In this document: positions 9,656-17,967 of the stretch, in pieces | How positions within the stretch are numbered: the first letter of the stretch is position 1 | Layout: the number at the start of each line of letters is the position of its first letter | NCBI RefSeq assembly: GCF_014652915.1 | Contig: NZ_BMZS01000012.1 | Location: 33,231 to 65,230 of the forward strand | DNA: 32,000 nucleotides | Reading direction: 5' to 3' | Source of the DNA: Thalassobaculum fulvum | GTDB lineage: Bacteria > Pseudomonadota > Alphaproteobacteria > Thalassobaculales > Thalassobaculaceae | Made by a program: the position numbers and the translations under genes | Notes under the pieces: generated by a model | The model's input: the letters and a program-made list of their open reading frames with translations, nothing else | Database searches by the model: none | Told to the model about the DNA's origin: nothing

Positions 9656-9797
9656 CCCCTTGTCGTCATTCCGGAGCGGACCGCCGGCGGCGGGACGCAT
9701 CCGGAACCCACGGGCTGGCTCCGGCGCCCGTCGCGCCGTGGGTTCCGGATCAGCCGCGCCTCCGGCACGACTGTCCGGAATGACGGCGAGGAGGGGG
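9656..9797. repeat. Nested palindromic intergenic element (REP/RIME/MITE-like)
   Basis: Outer inverted repeat cgtcattccgga (9664-9675) / tccggaatgacg (9774-9785), flanked by ccccc / ggggg. Inner perfect 15-bp inverted repeat atccggaacccacgg (9699-9713) / ccgtgggttccggat (9736-9750). TCCGGA-type motifs recur throughout. Confidence 0.6.
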
Positions 9798-9876
9798 CGG
9801 GCCGCTCTCCGGTTGTGGCGATCCACACCAGTCACCGGCTTCCGACGCGCGGCGTCACACCGTCTCCACACAATCC

Positions 9877-9932
9877 AAAGTGGTCTGATTTTTTGTCGAC
9901 AATGGACCTTTTCGTGAAACCAATCGACCGCG
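9877..9932 (+). promoter_or_regulatory. Conserved operator/promoter element, copy 2
   Basis: aaagtggtctgattttttgtcgacaatggaccttttcgtgaaaccaatcgaccg. The core ttgtcgaCaatggacctt lies at 9893-9910, with the same 22-nt spaced half-sites as copy 1. It sits ~158 nt upstream of the binding-protein ATG; copy 1 sits ~142 nt upstream of its gene. Confidence 0.5.
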
Positions 9933-10034
9933 CAGGCTCTCGATGATCGGGAGACTCAGGCCGCAACACCTCCGATCGGGGGCGGATACGGGCGTCACGG
10001 CGGCCATTCGAAAACCACGAAGGAGGAGTGCGAC

Positions 10035-11117
10035 ATGGGGGCTTACCGAAGCATCGGCCGACGCGTGATCCTGCGCACCGCGCTCGGCGCGGCAGCGGCG
10101 GTTCTTGGGGCGGGGGTGTTCGCCGGCCCGGCGGCGGCCGACGGCACCGTGACCGTGGCGTCCTGGGGCGGCTCGTACCAGAAGGCCCAGAGCCTGGCGC
10201 TGTTCGGGCCGGCGGCGAAGGCGATGGGCATCACCGTCAAGGAAGAGACCTATGGCGGCATGTCCGACGTCCGCCTCAAGGTGAAGGCCGGCGCGGTGGC
10301 CTGGGACATCGTCTCCAGCGGCTCCGGCAGCGCGGCCCGGGCGGCCGCCGAGGGCCTGCTCGAGAAGCTCGACTTCTCGGTGATCGACGTGTCGACCTTC
10401 TACCCGACCCTGAAGACCGACTACTGCGTCGGCAGCGACGTGTTCTCGACCGTGCTGGCCTGGAACACCGCGACCTACGGCGACAACGGGCCGAAGAGCT
10501 GGGCCGATTTCTGGGACGTCAAGAAGTTCCCGGGCAAGCGGGCCTACCGGGCCGGCGTCGCCGGGGCGCTCGAGCCGGCGCTGATGGCCGACGGGGTGCC
10601 GGCCGACAAGGTCTACGAGGTGCTGTCGAGCGAGGGCGGCATCAAGCGCGCCGTCGACAAGATCCGCGAGCTGAAGCCGCACATCGCGGTGTGGTGGAAG
10701 TCCGGCGCCCAGCATGCCCAGCTGATGAAGGACGGCGAGGTCGACATGACCACCGGCTGGAACGGCCGCTTCGACGTTGCCGCCAAGGACGGCGCCAAGG
10801 TCGCCTACACCTTCAACCAGGCGCTGCTCGACTACGACTGCTTCGCGATCCCGAAGGGCGCGCCGAACAAGGACCTGGCGATGAAGTTCATCGCCGAGAT
10901 GAGCAAGCCGAAGATCCAGGCCAACCTGCCGCTGCACATCACATACGGGCCGACCAACAAGAAGGCCTACGAACTCGGCACGATCGACGACAAGCTGGCG
11001 CGCGCCATGCCGTCGCATCCCGACAACGCCAAGCTGCAGCTGCCGATCGACCTCGACTGGTACGCCAAGTACGAGCAGGCGGCGGCGGCCATGTACCAGG
11101 ACATGCTGACCGAATAG
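10035..11117 (+). CDS. Periplasmic solute-binding protein, PotD/PotF-type ABC importer
   Basis: 360 aa with AGGAGG upstream of ATG 10035. N-terminal signal peptide (GRRVILRTALGAAAAVLGAGVFAGPAAA/DG). Followed by an ATPase and two permeases. Confidence 0.9.
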   Translation: MGAYRSIGRRVILRTALGAAAAVLGAGVFAGPAAADGTVTVASWGGSYQKAQSLALFGPAAKAMGITVKEETYGGMSDVRLKVKAGAVAWDIVSSGSGSAARAAAEGLLEKLDFSVIDVSTFYPTLKTDYCVGSDVFSTVLAWNTATYGDNGPKSWADFWDVKKFPGKRAYRAGVAGALEPALMADGVPADKVYEVLSSEGGIKRAVDKIRELKPHIAVWWKSGAQHAQLMKDGEVDMTTGWNGRFDVAAKDGAKVAYTFNQALLDYDCFAIPKGAPNKDLAMKFIAEMSKPKIQANLPLHITYGPTNKKAYELGTIDDKLARAMPSHPDNAKLQLPIDLDWYAKYEQAAAAMYQDMLTE

Positions 11118-11125
11118 CCTGTCCG

Positions 11126-11168
11126 GGCGGAGGCGGCGGCCCCTGCGTCGCCTCCGCCGTTTTCTTTC
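11126..11168 (+). terminator. Intrinsic terminator/attenuator hairpin between binding-protein and ATPase genes
   Basis: Perfect 10-bp GC stem ggcggaggcg (11126-11135) / cgcctccgcc (11149-11158) with a 13-nt loop, followed by gttttctttc. Confidence 0.65.
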
Positions 11169-11226
11169 GCTCGGCCGGGCCCGCGGGCCGTCGGGCGGTC
11201 GGCCCGTGCGACCCGCCAGCAGGACC

Positions 11227-12318
11227 ATGACCGGAACCGACTCGCTTCCCATCTCGATCGCCGGAATCACCAAGCGCTACGGCGACGTCTACGCGCTCGA
11301 CCACGTCGACCTCGAGGTCCGCAGCGGCGAGTTCCTGACCCTGCTCGGGCCTTCCGGCTCCGGCAAGACCACCCTGCTGATGGCGCTCGCCGGGTTCACC
11401 CGGCCGGACAGCGGCAGCATCCGGTTCGGCGACCGCGAGATCGTGCTGACCCCGCCGCACCGCCGCGACGTCGGCATGGTGTTCCAGAACTACGCGCTGT
11501 TCCCGCACATGAGCGTGGCCGGCAACGTCGGCTATCCGCTGCGCCTTCGGAAGGTGGCCAAGGCCGAGATCGCCGCGCGGGTCGAGCAGGCGCTGGAGAC
11601 CGTCAAGCTCGCCGGCTACGGCGAGCGCCGGGTCGACCAGCTGTCCGGCGGCCAGAAGCAGCGGGTGGCGCTGGCCCGGGCCATCGTGTTCCGGCCGCGC
11701 ATCCTGCTGATGGACGAGCCGCTGTCGGCGCTCGACAAGCAGCTTCGCGAGCACATGCAGATCGAGCTGCGCCAGCTGCACGAGCGGCTCGGCATGACCA
11801 CGGTGTACGTGACCCACGACCAGCGCGAGGCGCTGACCATGTCGGACCGGATCGCGGTCATCAACCACGGCCGGCTGATGCAGCTCGACGCGCCGCGGCG
11901 GATCTACGACCGGCCGGCCAACCGGTTCGTGGCCGACTTCATCGGCGAGTCGACCTTCCTGGACGTCGAGCGCGACGGCGACACCGTCCGCTTCGGCGGC
12001 CGGCCCATGGCGGTCGGCTGGATGCCGGAGGGCGACGGCCCGGTGCAGCTGCTGATCCGACCGGAGCGGCTGGCCCTGCTGACCGGCGAGGCGCCCGACG
12101 GCATGAACCGCTTCGAGGGGCGGGTGCAGGCCATCGTCTACCAGGGCGACACCGCGCTGGCCTACGTGGCGCTCGCCGACGGGCCGGAGGTTGCGCTGCG
12201 GGCCGGCACCCGGACCGGCACCGCTTTCGACCGGCTGGCCCGCGGCGACACGGTGACGCTCGGCCTGCACCGGGACGACGCGGTCCTGGTGCCGGTCGAG
12301 GGGGGCGGGCGGCGATGA
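11227..12318 (+). CDS. ABC transporter ATP-binding protein (PotA-like)
   Basis: Walker [10 protein letters not shown], signature [15 protein letters not shown], Walker [13 protein letters not shown]-loop VTHDQREA. Start taken as ATG 11227; GTG 11206 is possible. Confidence 0.9.
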   Translation: MTGTDSLPISIAGITKRYGDVYALDHVDLEVRSGEFLTLLGPSGSGKTTLLMALAGFTRPDSGSIRFGDREIVLTPPHRRDVGMVFQNYALFPHMSVAGNVGYPLRLRKVAKAEIAARVEQALETVKLAGYGERRVDQLSGGQKQRVALARAIVFRPRILLMDEPLSALDKQLREHMQIELRQLHERLGMTTVYVTHDQREALTMSDRIAVINHGRLMQLDAPRRIYDRPANRFVADFIGESTFLDVERDGDTVRFGGRPMAVGWMPEGDGPVQLLIRPERLALLTGEAPDGMNRFEGRVQAIVYQGDTALAYVALADGPEVALRAGTRTGTAFDRLARGDTVTLGLHRDDAVLVPVEGGGRR

Positions 12319-13205
12319 CCGCCGTCGACCTGGAACCGAACGCGGACGACCTGCGTCGCCAGGGCGACCGTGAGCGCTGGGCGATGCTCGGCCTCGCCTC
12401 GCCGGCGGTGCTGACCGTCCTGGTCATCATGGTGCTGCCGGTCGGCTGGCTGTTCTATCTGTCGTTCATCGGCGAGTCCGGCGGGTTCTCGCTGGAGAAC
12501 TACGGCCGGATGCTGGAGAGCAAGGCCTATGGCCGGATCTTCTGGACGACGTTCGAGGTCAGCTTCCTGACCACCGGGATCTGCGTCCTGCTGGGCTATC
12601 CGCTGGCCTACTTCTTCGCCCAGCTGCCGCGACGCGCGGCCGCGGTCTGCATGCTGACCGTGCTGCTGCCGTTCTGGACCTCGCTGCTGGTCCGCACCTA
12701 TGCGTGGCTGGTGCTGCTGCAGCGCAAGGGGCTGGTCAACACCTGGGCGATCGATCTCGGCCTGTGGGACGAGCCGCTGGCGCTTGTGCACAACATGACC
12801 GGCACCTTGATCGGCATGGTGCACATCATGCTGCCGTTCCTGGTGCTGCCGCTGTACGGCGCCATGAAGGCGATCAGCGGCGACTACGTGCGGGCGGCGG
12901 CCAATCTCGGCGCCGGGCCGACGGCGGCGTTCTGGGGCGTGTTCTTCCCGCTGTCCCTGCCGGGGTTGTTCGCAGGATCGCTGATCGTGTTCGTGCTGTG
13001 CCTCGGCTTCTTCGTGACCCCGGCGGTGCTGGGCGGCGGCCGGGTGATCATGGTGTCCATGCAGATCACCACCAACATCGAGCTGTTCTTCAACTGGGGG
13101 GCGGCCAGCGCGCTCGGCGTGGTGCTGCTGGCGATCACGCTGGGCATCCTGTTCGCGGCGTCGCGGCTGCTGCGGCTCGACGCGGTGCTGGGCGGGGGGC
13201 ACTGA
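12315..13205 (+). CDS. ABC transporter permease (PotB-like)
   Basis: 296-aa multi-span hydrophobic ORF. ATGA overlap with the ATPase stop. Confidence 0.85.
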   Translation: MTAVDLEPNADDLRRQGDRERWAMLGLASPAVLTVLVIMVLPVGWLFYLSFIGESGGFSLENYGRMLESKAYGRIFWTTFEVSFLTTGICVLLGYPLAYFFAQLPRRAAAVCMLTVLLPFWTSLLVRTYAWLVLLQRKGLVNTWAIDLGLWDEPLALVHNMTGTLIGMVHIMLPFLVLPLYGAMKAISGDYVRAAANLGAGPTAAFWGVFFPLSLPGLFAGSLIVFVLCLGFFVTPAVLGGGRVIMVSMQITTNIELFFNWGAASALGVVLLAITLGILFAASRLLRLDAVLGGGH

Positions 13206-13206
13206 G

Positions 13207-14022
13207 ATGCGGTGGCTCGACCGGCCGGCCGGCGACACGCAGATCACCCACCGCCAGCGGCTGTGGCTTTACGCCCTGGCCGGCATCATCATGGTGCTGC
13301 TGGTGGCGCCGACCATCATCGTGATCCCGATGTCGTTCTCGGCCTCGCAGTACCTGGAGTTTCCCCCGCGCGACTGGTCGCTGCGCTGGTACGAGCACTA
13401 TCTCGGCGAGCCGGAGTGGCTGGCGGCGACCGCGACCTCGCTGAAGGCCGGGCTGCTGACCATGCTGGTGGCGACGCCGATCGGCACCATGGCGGCCTAC
13501 GGGCTGCACGTCTCCGGTCACTGGCTGGCGCGCTGGCTGTTCATCCTGCTGATCACCCCGATGATGGTCCCGGTGATCCTGATCGCGATCGGGGTGTTCT
13601 ACGCCTTCGTCCAGCTCCGGATGGTCAACACCCTGTTCGGCCTGGTGGTGGCGCACACGATCCTGGCGCTGCCGCTGGTGCTGATCGTGGTCGGAGCGGC
13701 GCTCAAGAGCTACGACTTCAACCAGGAGTTGGCGGCGCGCAGCCTCGGCGCCTCGCGGCTGAAGGCGTTCCTGACCGTGACCCTGCCGCAAATCCGGTTC
13801 TCGGTGGTTACCGCCGCGCTGCTGGCGTTCCTGACCTCGTTCGACGAGGTGATCGTGGCGATGTTCGTGTCCGGCGGCGATAACTCGACCCTGACCCGCA
13901 ACATGTTCAACTCGCTGCGCGACCAGATCGACCCGACGATCGCGTCGATCTCCACCATCATGATCGTGGTGTCGTCGACCGCCCTGGTCCTGGCCCAGCT
14001 GTTCGGGCGCTCGAAGAGCTGA
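13207..14022 (+). CDS. ABC transporter permease (PotC-like)
   Basis: 271-aa multi-span hydrophobic ORF that starts 2 nt after the preceding permease. Confidence 0.85.
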   Translation: MRWLDRPAGDTQITHRQRLWLYALAGIIMVLLVAPTIIVIPMSFSASQYLEFPPRDWSLRWYEHYLGEPEWLAATATSLKAGLLTMLVATPIGTMAAYGLHVSGHWLARWLFILLITPMMVPVILIAIGVFYAFVQLRMVNTLFGLVVAHTILALPLVLIVVGAALKSYDFNQELAARSLGASRLKAFLTVTLPQIRFSVVTAALLAFLTSFDEVIVAMFVSGGDNSTLTRNMFNSLRDQIDPTIASISTIMIVVSSTALVLAQLFGRSKS

Positions 14023-14078
14023 CGGCTGCGGCCTATGATCCCGGGCAACGGGTGATTCGTGACCGGCGGGAAGCGACC

Positions 14079-14867
14079 ATGGCAGCGAACGACAACTGGG
14101 GCTGGAAGGCCCGCATCGGCATGTTCATCGTCAGCAGCGAGGCGGTGCCCGAGGCCGAGTGGTGGGCGATGGCGCCGCCGAGCGTGTCGGTCCATGCCGC
14201 CCGGGTGACCGCGCGGGCGCCGTGGGCGACCTGGAACGCGGACCGCAGCGGCGTCGAACTCGCCGACGACGTGGTACGCGGCGCCCGGCAGTTCGCCGCC
14301 ATGCGCCTGACCGCCGCGGTGATCGGCCACAGCTCCAGCAGCGTCCTCGGCGGCAAGGGCTGGGACGAGGCGGTGGTCGAGAGCCTGTCCGCGATGCTCG
14401 CGCCGGGGACCGCGGTCACCACCAACGGCCTCGACAGCCAGGCGGCGATGCGCGCCGCCGGGATCCGGCGGCCGTTCGTGGTGGTGCCGGCCTGGTTCGA
14501 CGAGGCGTTCGCGGCGGCGGCCGCCGGCTACTACGCCGATCGCGGGTTCGCGCCCGCCGGGCACCTGCGCTACGACCCGGGCCGCAAGTGGCGGGACATG
14601 GCACCGGGCGAGCTGTACCCGGCCGGCATGGGCTTCGAGCAGGAGGTCGAGCCGCTGTACGCGCAGATCCGGGCCGCCTGTCCGAAGGACGCCGACGGGG
14701 TGTTCATCGCCGGCACCGGGTTCCGCTGCGTCGCGATCCTGGAGGCGCTCGAGCAGGATCTGCAGCGGCCGGTGCTGTCGGCCAACCAGGTCAGCCTGTG
14801 GCACTGCCTGCGGCTGACCGGCGTGCGCGCCCCGGTCACCGGCTACGGCAGCCTGTTCGACCTTTGA
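14079..14867 (+). CDS. Asp/Glu/hydantoin-racemase-superfamily protein (maleate isomerase / arylmalonate decarboxylase-like)
   Basis: 262 aa from ATG 14079; GTG 14052 is possible. Resembles maleate cis-trans isomerase family proteins as I remember them (ARIGMFIVSSEAVPEAE..., ...GVFIAGTGFRCVAILEALEQDLQRPVLSANQ). The family call is by eye only. Confidence 0.65.
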   Translation: MAANDNWGWKARIGMFIVSSEAVPEAEWWAMAPPSVSVHAARVTARAPWATWNADRSGVELADDVVRGARQFAAMRLTAAVIGHSSSSVLGGKGWDEAVVESLSAMLAPGTAVTTNGLDSQAAMRAAGIRRPFVVVPAWFDEAFAAAAAGYYADRGFAPAGHLRYDPGRKWRDMAPGELYPAGMGFEQEVEPLYAQIRAACPKDADGVFIAGTGFRCVAILEALEQDLQRPVLSANQVSLWHCLRLTGVRAPVTGYGSLFDL

Positions 14868-14873
14868 ATTGCC

Positions 14874-16310
14874 TCAGGCATCCGGCGGCCAGTGCTGGGC
14901 CCACGGCGCCAGGATCTCGAACGCGGCCGCCAGGTCGATCAGGCGCTGCTCGTCGAACCAGCGGCCGACGGCATGCAGCCCGGCCGGCAACCCGTCGGGG
15001 CTGAAGCCCATCGGGATGCTGATCGCAGGATGGCCGGTGTGGTTGAAGGTGCCGGTGTAGCCGTACCAGTTCGCCCTGATCGGGCCGGCGACCTCGCCGT
15101 TGATGGTCATCGGCTCGTCCTGCCCGTGGTCGTAGGGCGGCGGCGGGGCGGAGACGGTCGGGGTGACGATCAGGTCGTGGTCGTCGAACAGCGCCTGCAC
15201 CCGGCGGAACAGGCCGGAGCGGATTGCGGGCGCGCCCTGGACGGTCAGCAGGTCCTGGTTCCGGCCCTCCTCCAGCGCCGCCACCAGCGACGGGTCGAGG
15301 CGGTCGCGGTCGGTGTCCAGCAGGTGGTCGAGCCGGGCGCGCTGGTAGGCGCGCATGGCGGCGAACTGCGCCGGCTTGGCCCAGTCGAAGTCGTCCGGTC
15401 CGTCGGCCAGGGTGGCGCCGTGCCGTTCCAGCGTCGCCAGGTGGCCATCCAGCAGCCGCTCGACGTCGCGGTCGACCATGCGGTTGCCCATGCGCCGGAA
15501 CACCAGGATCCGCAGGCCGTCGAGCCGTCGGATCGGGTGGTCGGACACGCCGAACCCGGTTTGCGGTACGGCGATCGACCACGGGTCGTCGTTCCAGGCC
15601 CCGTTCGTCACCGTCAGGCCGGCGGCCAGGTCCGCGGCGGTCCGGCTGGCCAGACCCAGGTTGATGAAGCTGGAGAACAGCTCGACCGCGGTCTCGTTCG
15701 GGATCCGCCCGAGGGTCGGCTTCAGGCCCAGCACCCCGCAGGCGCTGGCCGGGATCCGCGACGACCCGGCGCCGTCGGTGGTGACCGCCAGCGGGCCGAA
15801 GCCCATGGCGACCGCTGCCGCCCCGCCGCCGCTGGAGCCACCGGGCGAGCGCCCGGTGTTCCACGGGTTGCGGGTGTAGCCGTGACGCGGGCTGTTGGTC
15901 AGCGCCTTGTGCCCGAACTCCGGGGTGTTCGACTTGCCGACCAGCACCGCGCCGGCCCGGCGCAGGCGGGCGACCGCCTCGGCGTCGAAATCGGGCACAT
16001 TGCCGGCGAAGGCGTGCGACCCGTAGGCGGTCTCGACGCCCCTGGTCACGACCAGGTCCTTCACCGAGAACGGGACGCCGGCCAGCGGGCCGGGATCGCG
16101 CGCCGAGGCGACAGCGGCGTCGACCGCCTTGGCGGCGGCGAGCGCACCGTCACGGTCGACCGTGGCGTAGGCGTTCACCACCCGGTCGGCCCGTTCGATC
16201 CGGTCGAGCACGGCGGTCGCGACCTCGACCGCGGAGAGCTGTCGGGTCCGGACGGCGTCGGCGACCGCGGTCGCCGGCCATTGCCAGATTTCGGGCGTCG
16301 AATGTGGCAT
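14874..16310 (-). CDS. Amidase (amidase-signature family)
   Basis: 478 aa. Gly/Ser-rich signature GRSPGGSSGGGAAAVA and the upstream conserved Lys region (FSVKDLV). Convergent with the preceding gene across a 6-nt gap. Confidence 0.9.
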   Translation of the reverse strand: MPHSTPEIWQWPATAVADAVRTRQLSAVEVATAVLDRIERADRVVNAYATVDRDGALAAAKAVDAAVASARDPGPLAGVPFSVKDLVVTRGVETAYGSHAFAGNVPDFDAEAVARLRRAGAVLVGKSNTPEFGHKALTNSPRHGYTRNPWNTGRSPGGSSGGGAAAVAMGFGPLAVTTDGAGSSRIPASACGVLGLKPTLGRIPNETAVELFSSFINLGLASRTAADLAAGLTVTNGAWNDDPWSIAVPQTGFGVSDHPIRRLDGLRILVFRRMGNRMVDRDVERLLDGHLATLERHGATLADGPDDFDWAKPAQFAAMRAYQRARLDHLLDTDRDRLDPSLVAALEEGRNQDLLTVQGAPAIRSGLFRRVQALFDDHDLIVTPTVSAPPPPYDHGQDEPMTINGEVAGPIRANWYGYTGTFNHTGHPAISIPMGFSPDGLPAGLHAVGRWFDEQRLIDLAAAFEILAPWAQHWPPDA

Positions 16311-16508
16311 GTCGGACTCCTCCCTCCGGTCGTTGTTGCTCGCGACCTCGGCCCGATTCCGGCCGGGCGTCGACCGAGTATTCCCGGAACCGGGCTGCCT
16401 GTCGCGTAGAGTAGGGCCGGCGGCGCGGGGTGCGCGAATCTGGTCGACGGAGCGGGGGTCGGCCGGGTACGCCTACGGATGCCCGTCCGTGGATCGTCGA
16501 GGACCCCC

Positions 16509-17840
16509 ATGAGCTACGTGTTCAACCGCGATACCCGTGCCGACATGCCGATCGTCGTCCGCGGCGACGGGATCTGGATCGAGGATTCCACGGGCAAGCG
16601 CTACATCGACGCGTCCGGCGGGGCGGCGGTGTCCTGCCTCGGCCACAGCCACCAGCGGGTGATCGACGCGGTGCGCGAGCAGGTCGGCAAGATCGCCTTC
16701 GCCCACACCGGGGCGTTCTCCAGCGAGCCGGCCGAGGCCCTCGCCGAGGCGGTGGTGACCAGCGCGCCGGGCCGGATGGCCAAGGCGCTGTTCGTGAGCG
16801 GCGGCTCGGAGGCGAGCGAGGCGGCGATCAAGCTGGCCCGGCAGTACCACGTCGAGCGCGGCGAGCCGGGCCGGCACCGGATCATCGCCCGCCGCCAGAG
16901 CTATCACGGCAACACCCTCGGCGCGCTGTCGGCCAGCGGCAACATGGCGCGCCGGGCGCTGTACCAGCCCTACATGCAGGACTGGAGCCACATCGCGCCC
17001 TGCTATCCGTATCGCGGCCGCAGCCACGACGAGACCGAGGAGGAGTACGGCCTGCGGGTCGCCGACGAACTCGAGACCGAGATCGAGCGGGTCGGCGCCG
17101 AGACCGTGTCGGCCTTCATCCTGGAGCCGGTGGTCGGCGCCACCCTCGGGGCGGTCGCGGCGGTGCCGGGCTATCTCGCCCGGGTGCGCGAGATCTGCGA
17201 CCGCCACGGCGTGCTGCTGATCTTCGACGAGGTGATGTGCGGCATGGGCCGGACCGGCACCCTGTTCGCCTCGGAGCACGACGGCGTCGTGGCCGACATC
17301 TACACCGCCGCCAAGGGCCTGGGCGCCGGCTACCAGGCGATCGGCGCGGTGATCGCGTCGGAGAAGGTGTACGGCGCGATCCACGACGGTAGCGGCTTCT
17401 TCCAGCACGGCCACACCTACATGGGCCACCCGGTCGCCTGCGCGGCGGCGCTGGCGGTGCAGACCGCGATCCGCGAGGAGGGGCTGCTGGGGCGCGTGCA
17501 GGCCGGTGGGGCCAAGCTGCGCACCATGCTGGAGGAGCGCTTCGGCAACGACGCCCATGTCGGCGAGATCCGCGGGCGCGGCTACTTCCTGGCCATGGAG
17601 CTGGTGGCCGACCGGGCGACCAAGCAGCCGTTCGACCCGTCCCTGGCGATCCACAACCGGGTCAAGAAGGCGGCGATGGACCTCGGCCTGATCTGCTACC
17701 CGATGGGCGGGGTGATCGACGGCAAGTCCGGCGACCACGTGCTTGTCGCCCCGCCGTTCATCACCAGCGACGACGAGCTGGCGGAGATCGTCTCGCGGGT
17801 CGGGCAGGCGGTCGACCGGGCGATCGCGTCGACCCGCTGA
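16509..17840 (+). CDS. Class III (omega-) PLP aminotransferase
   Basis: 443 aa from ATG 16509; ATG 16479 is possible. Motifs SGGSEASEAAIKLARQY, FDEVMCGMGRTG, and the PLP-Lys context YTAAKGLGAGY. Confidence 0.9.
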   Translation: MSYVFNRDTRADMPIVVRGDGIWIEDSTGKRYIDASGGAAVSCLGHSHQRVIDAVREQVGKIAFAHTGAFSSEPAEALAEAVVTSAPGRMAKALFVSGGSEASEAAIKLARQYHVERGEPGRHRIIARRQSYHGNTLGALSASGNMARRALYQPYMQDWSHIAPCYPYRGRSHDETEEEYGLRVADELETEIERVGAETVSAFILEPVVGATLGAVAAVPGYLARVREICDRHGVLLIFDEVMCGMGRTGTLFASEHDGVVADIYTAAKGLGAGYQAIGAVIASEKVYGAIHDGSGFFQHGHTYMGHPVACAAALAVQTAIREEGLLGRVQAGGAKLRTMLEERFGNDAHVGEIRGRGYFLAMELVADRATKQPFDPSLAIHNRVKKAAMDLGLICYPMGGVIDGKSGDHVLVAPPFITSDDELAEIVSRVGQAVDRAIASTR

Positions 17841-17967
17841 CCTCGGGCCGCTGAGTTCGCGCTGCCATCGTACCGTCACGGTTCGTGCGGCATTGTGCGG
17901 CCGTTTCGTCGACGGTCACGGTGTGGTTTGATCCTGGTCGCGGGAGACGCTGGACGTGGGAGATGCC

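Noticed and set aside
9660-9917. 85-aa plus-strand ORF in the 9597-10034 intergenic region
   Set aside because: It is read straight through the nested palindromic repeat and the operator-like element. The product is Arg/Ala/Gly-rich with no motif or RBS, so it is most likely non-coding.
17928-17941. FNR/FixK-like box TTGA-N6-TCGC upstream of hyhB
   Set aside because: Only one half-site matches TTGAT-N4-ATCAA. The centre is ~33 nt from the ATG, so a class II position (-41.5) would put the transcription start inside the coding region.
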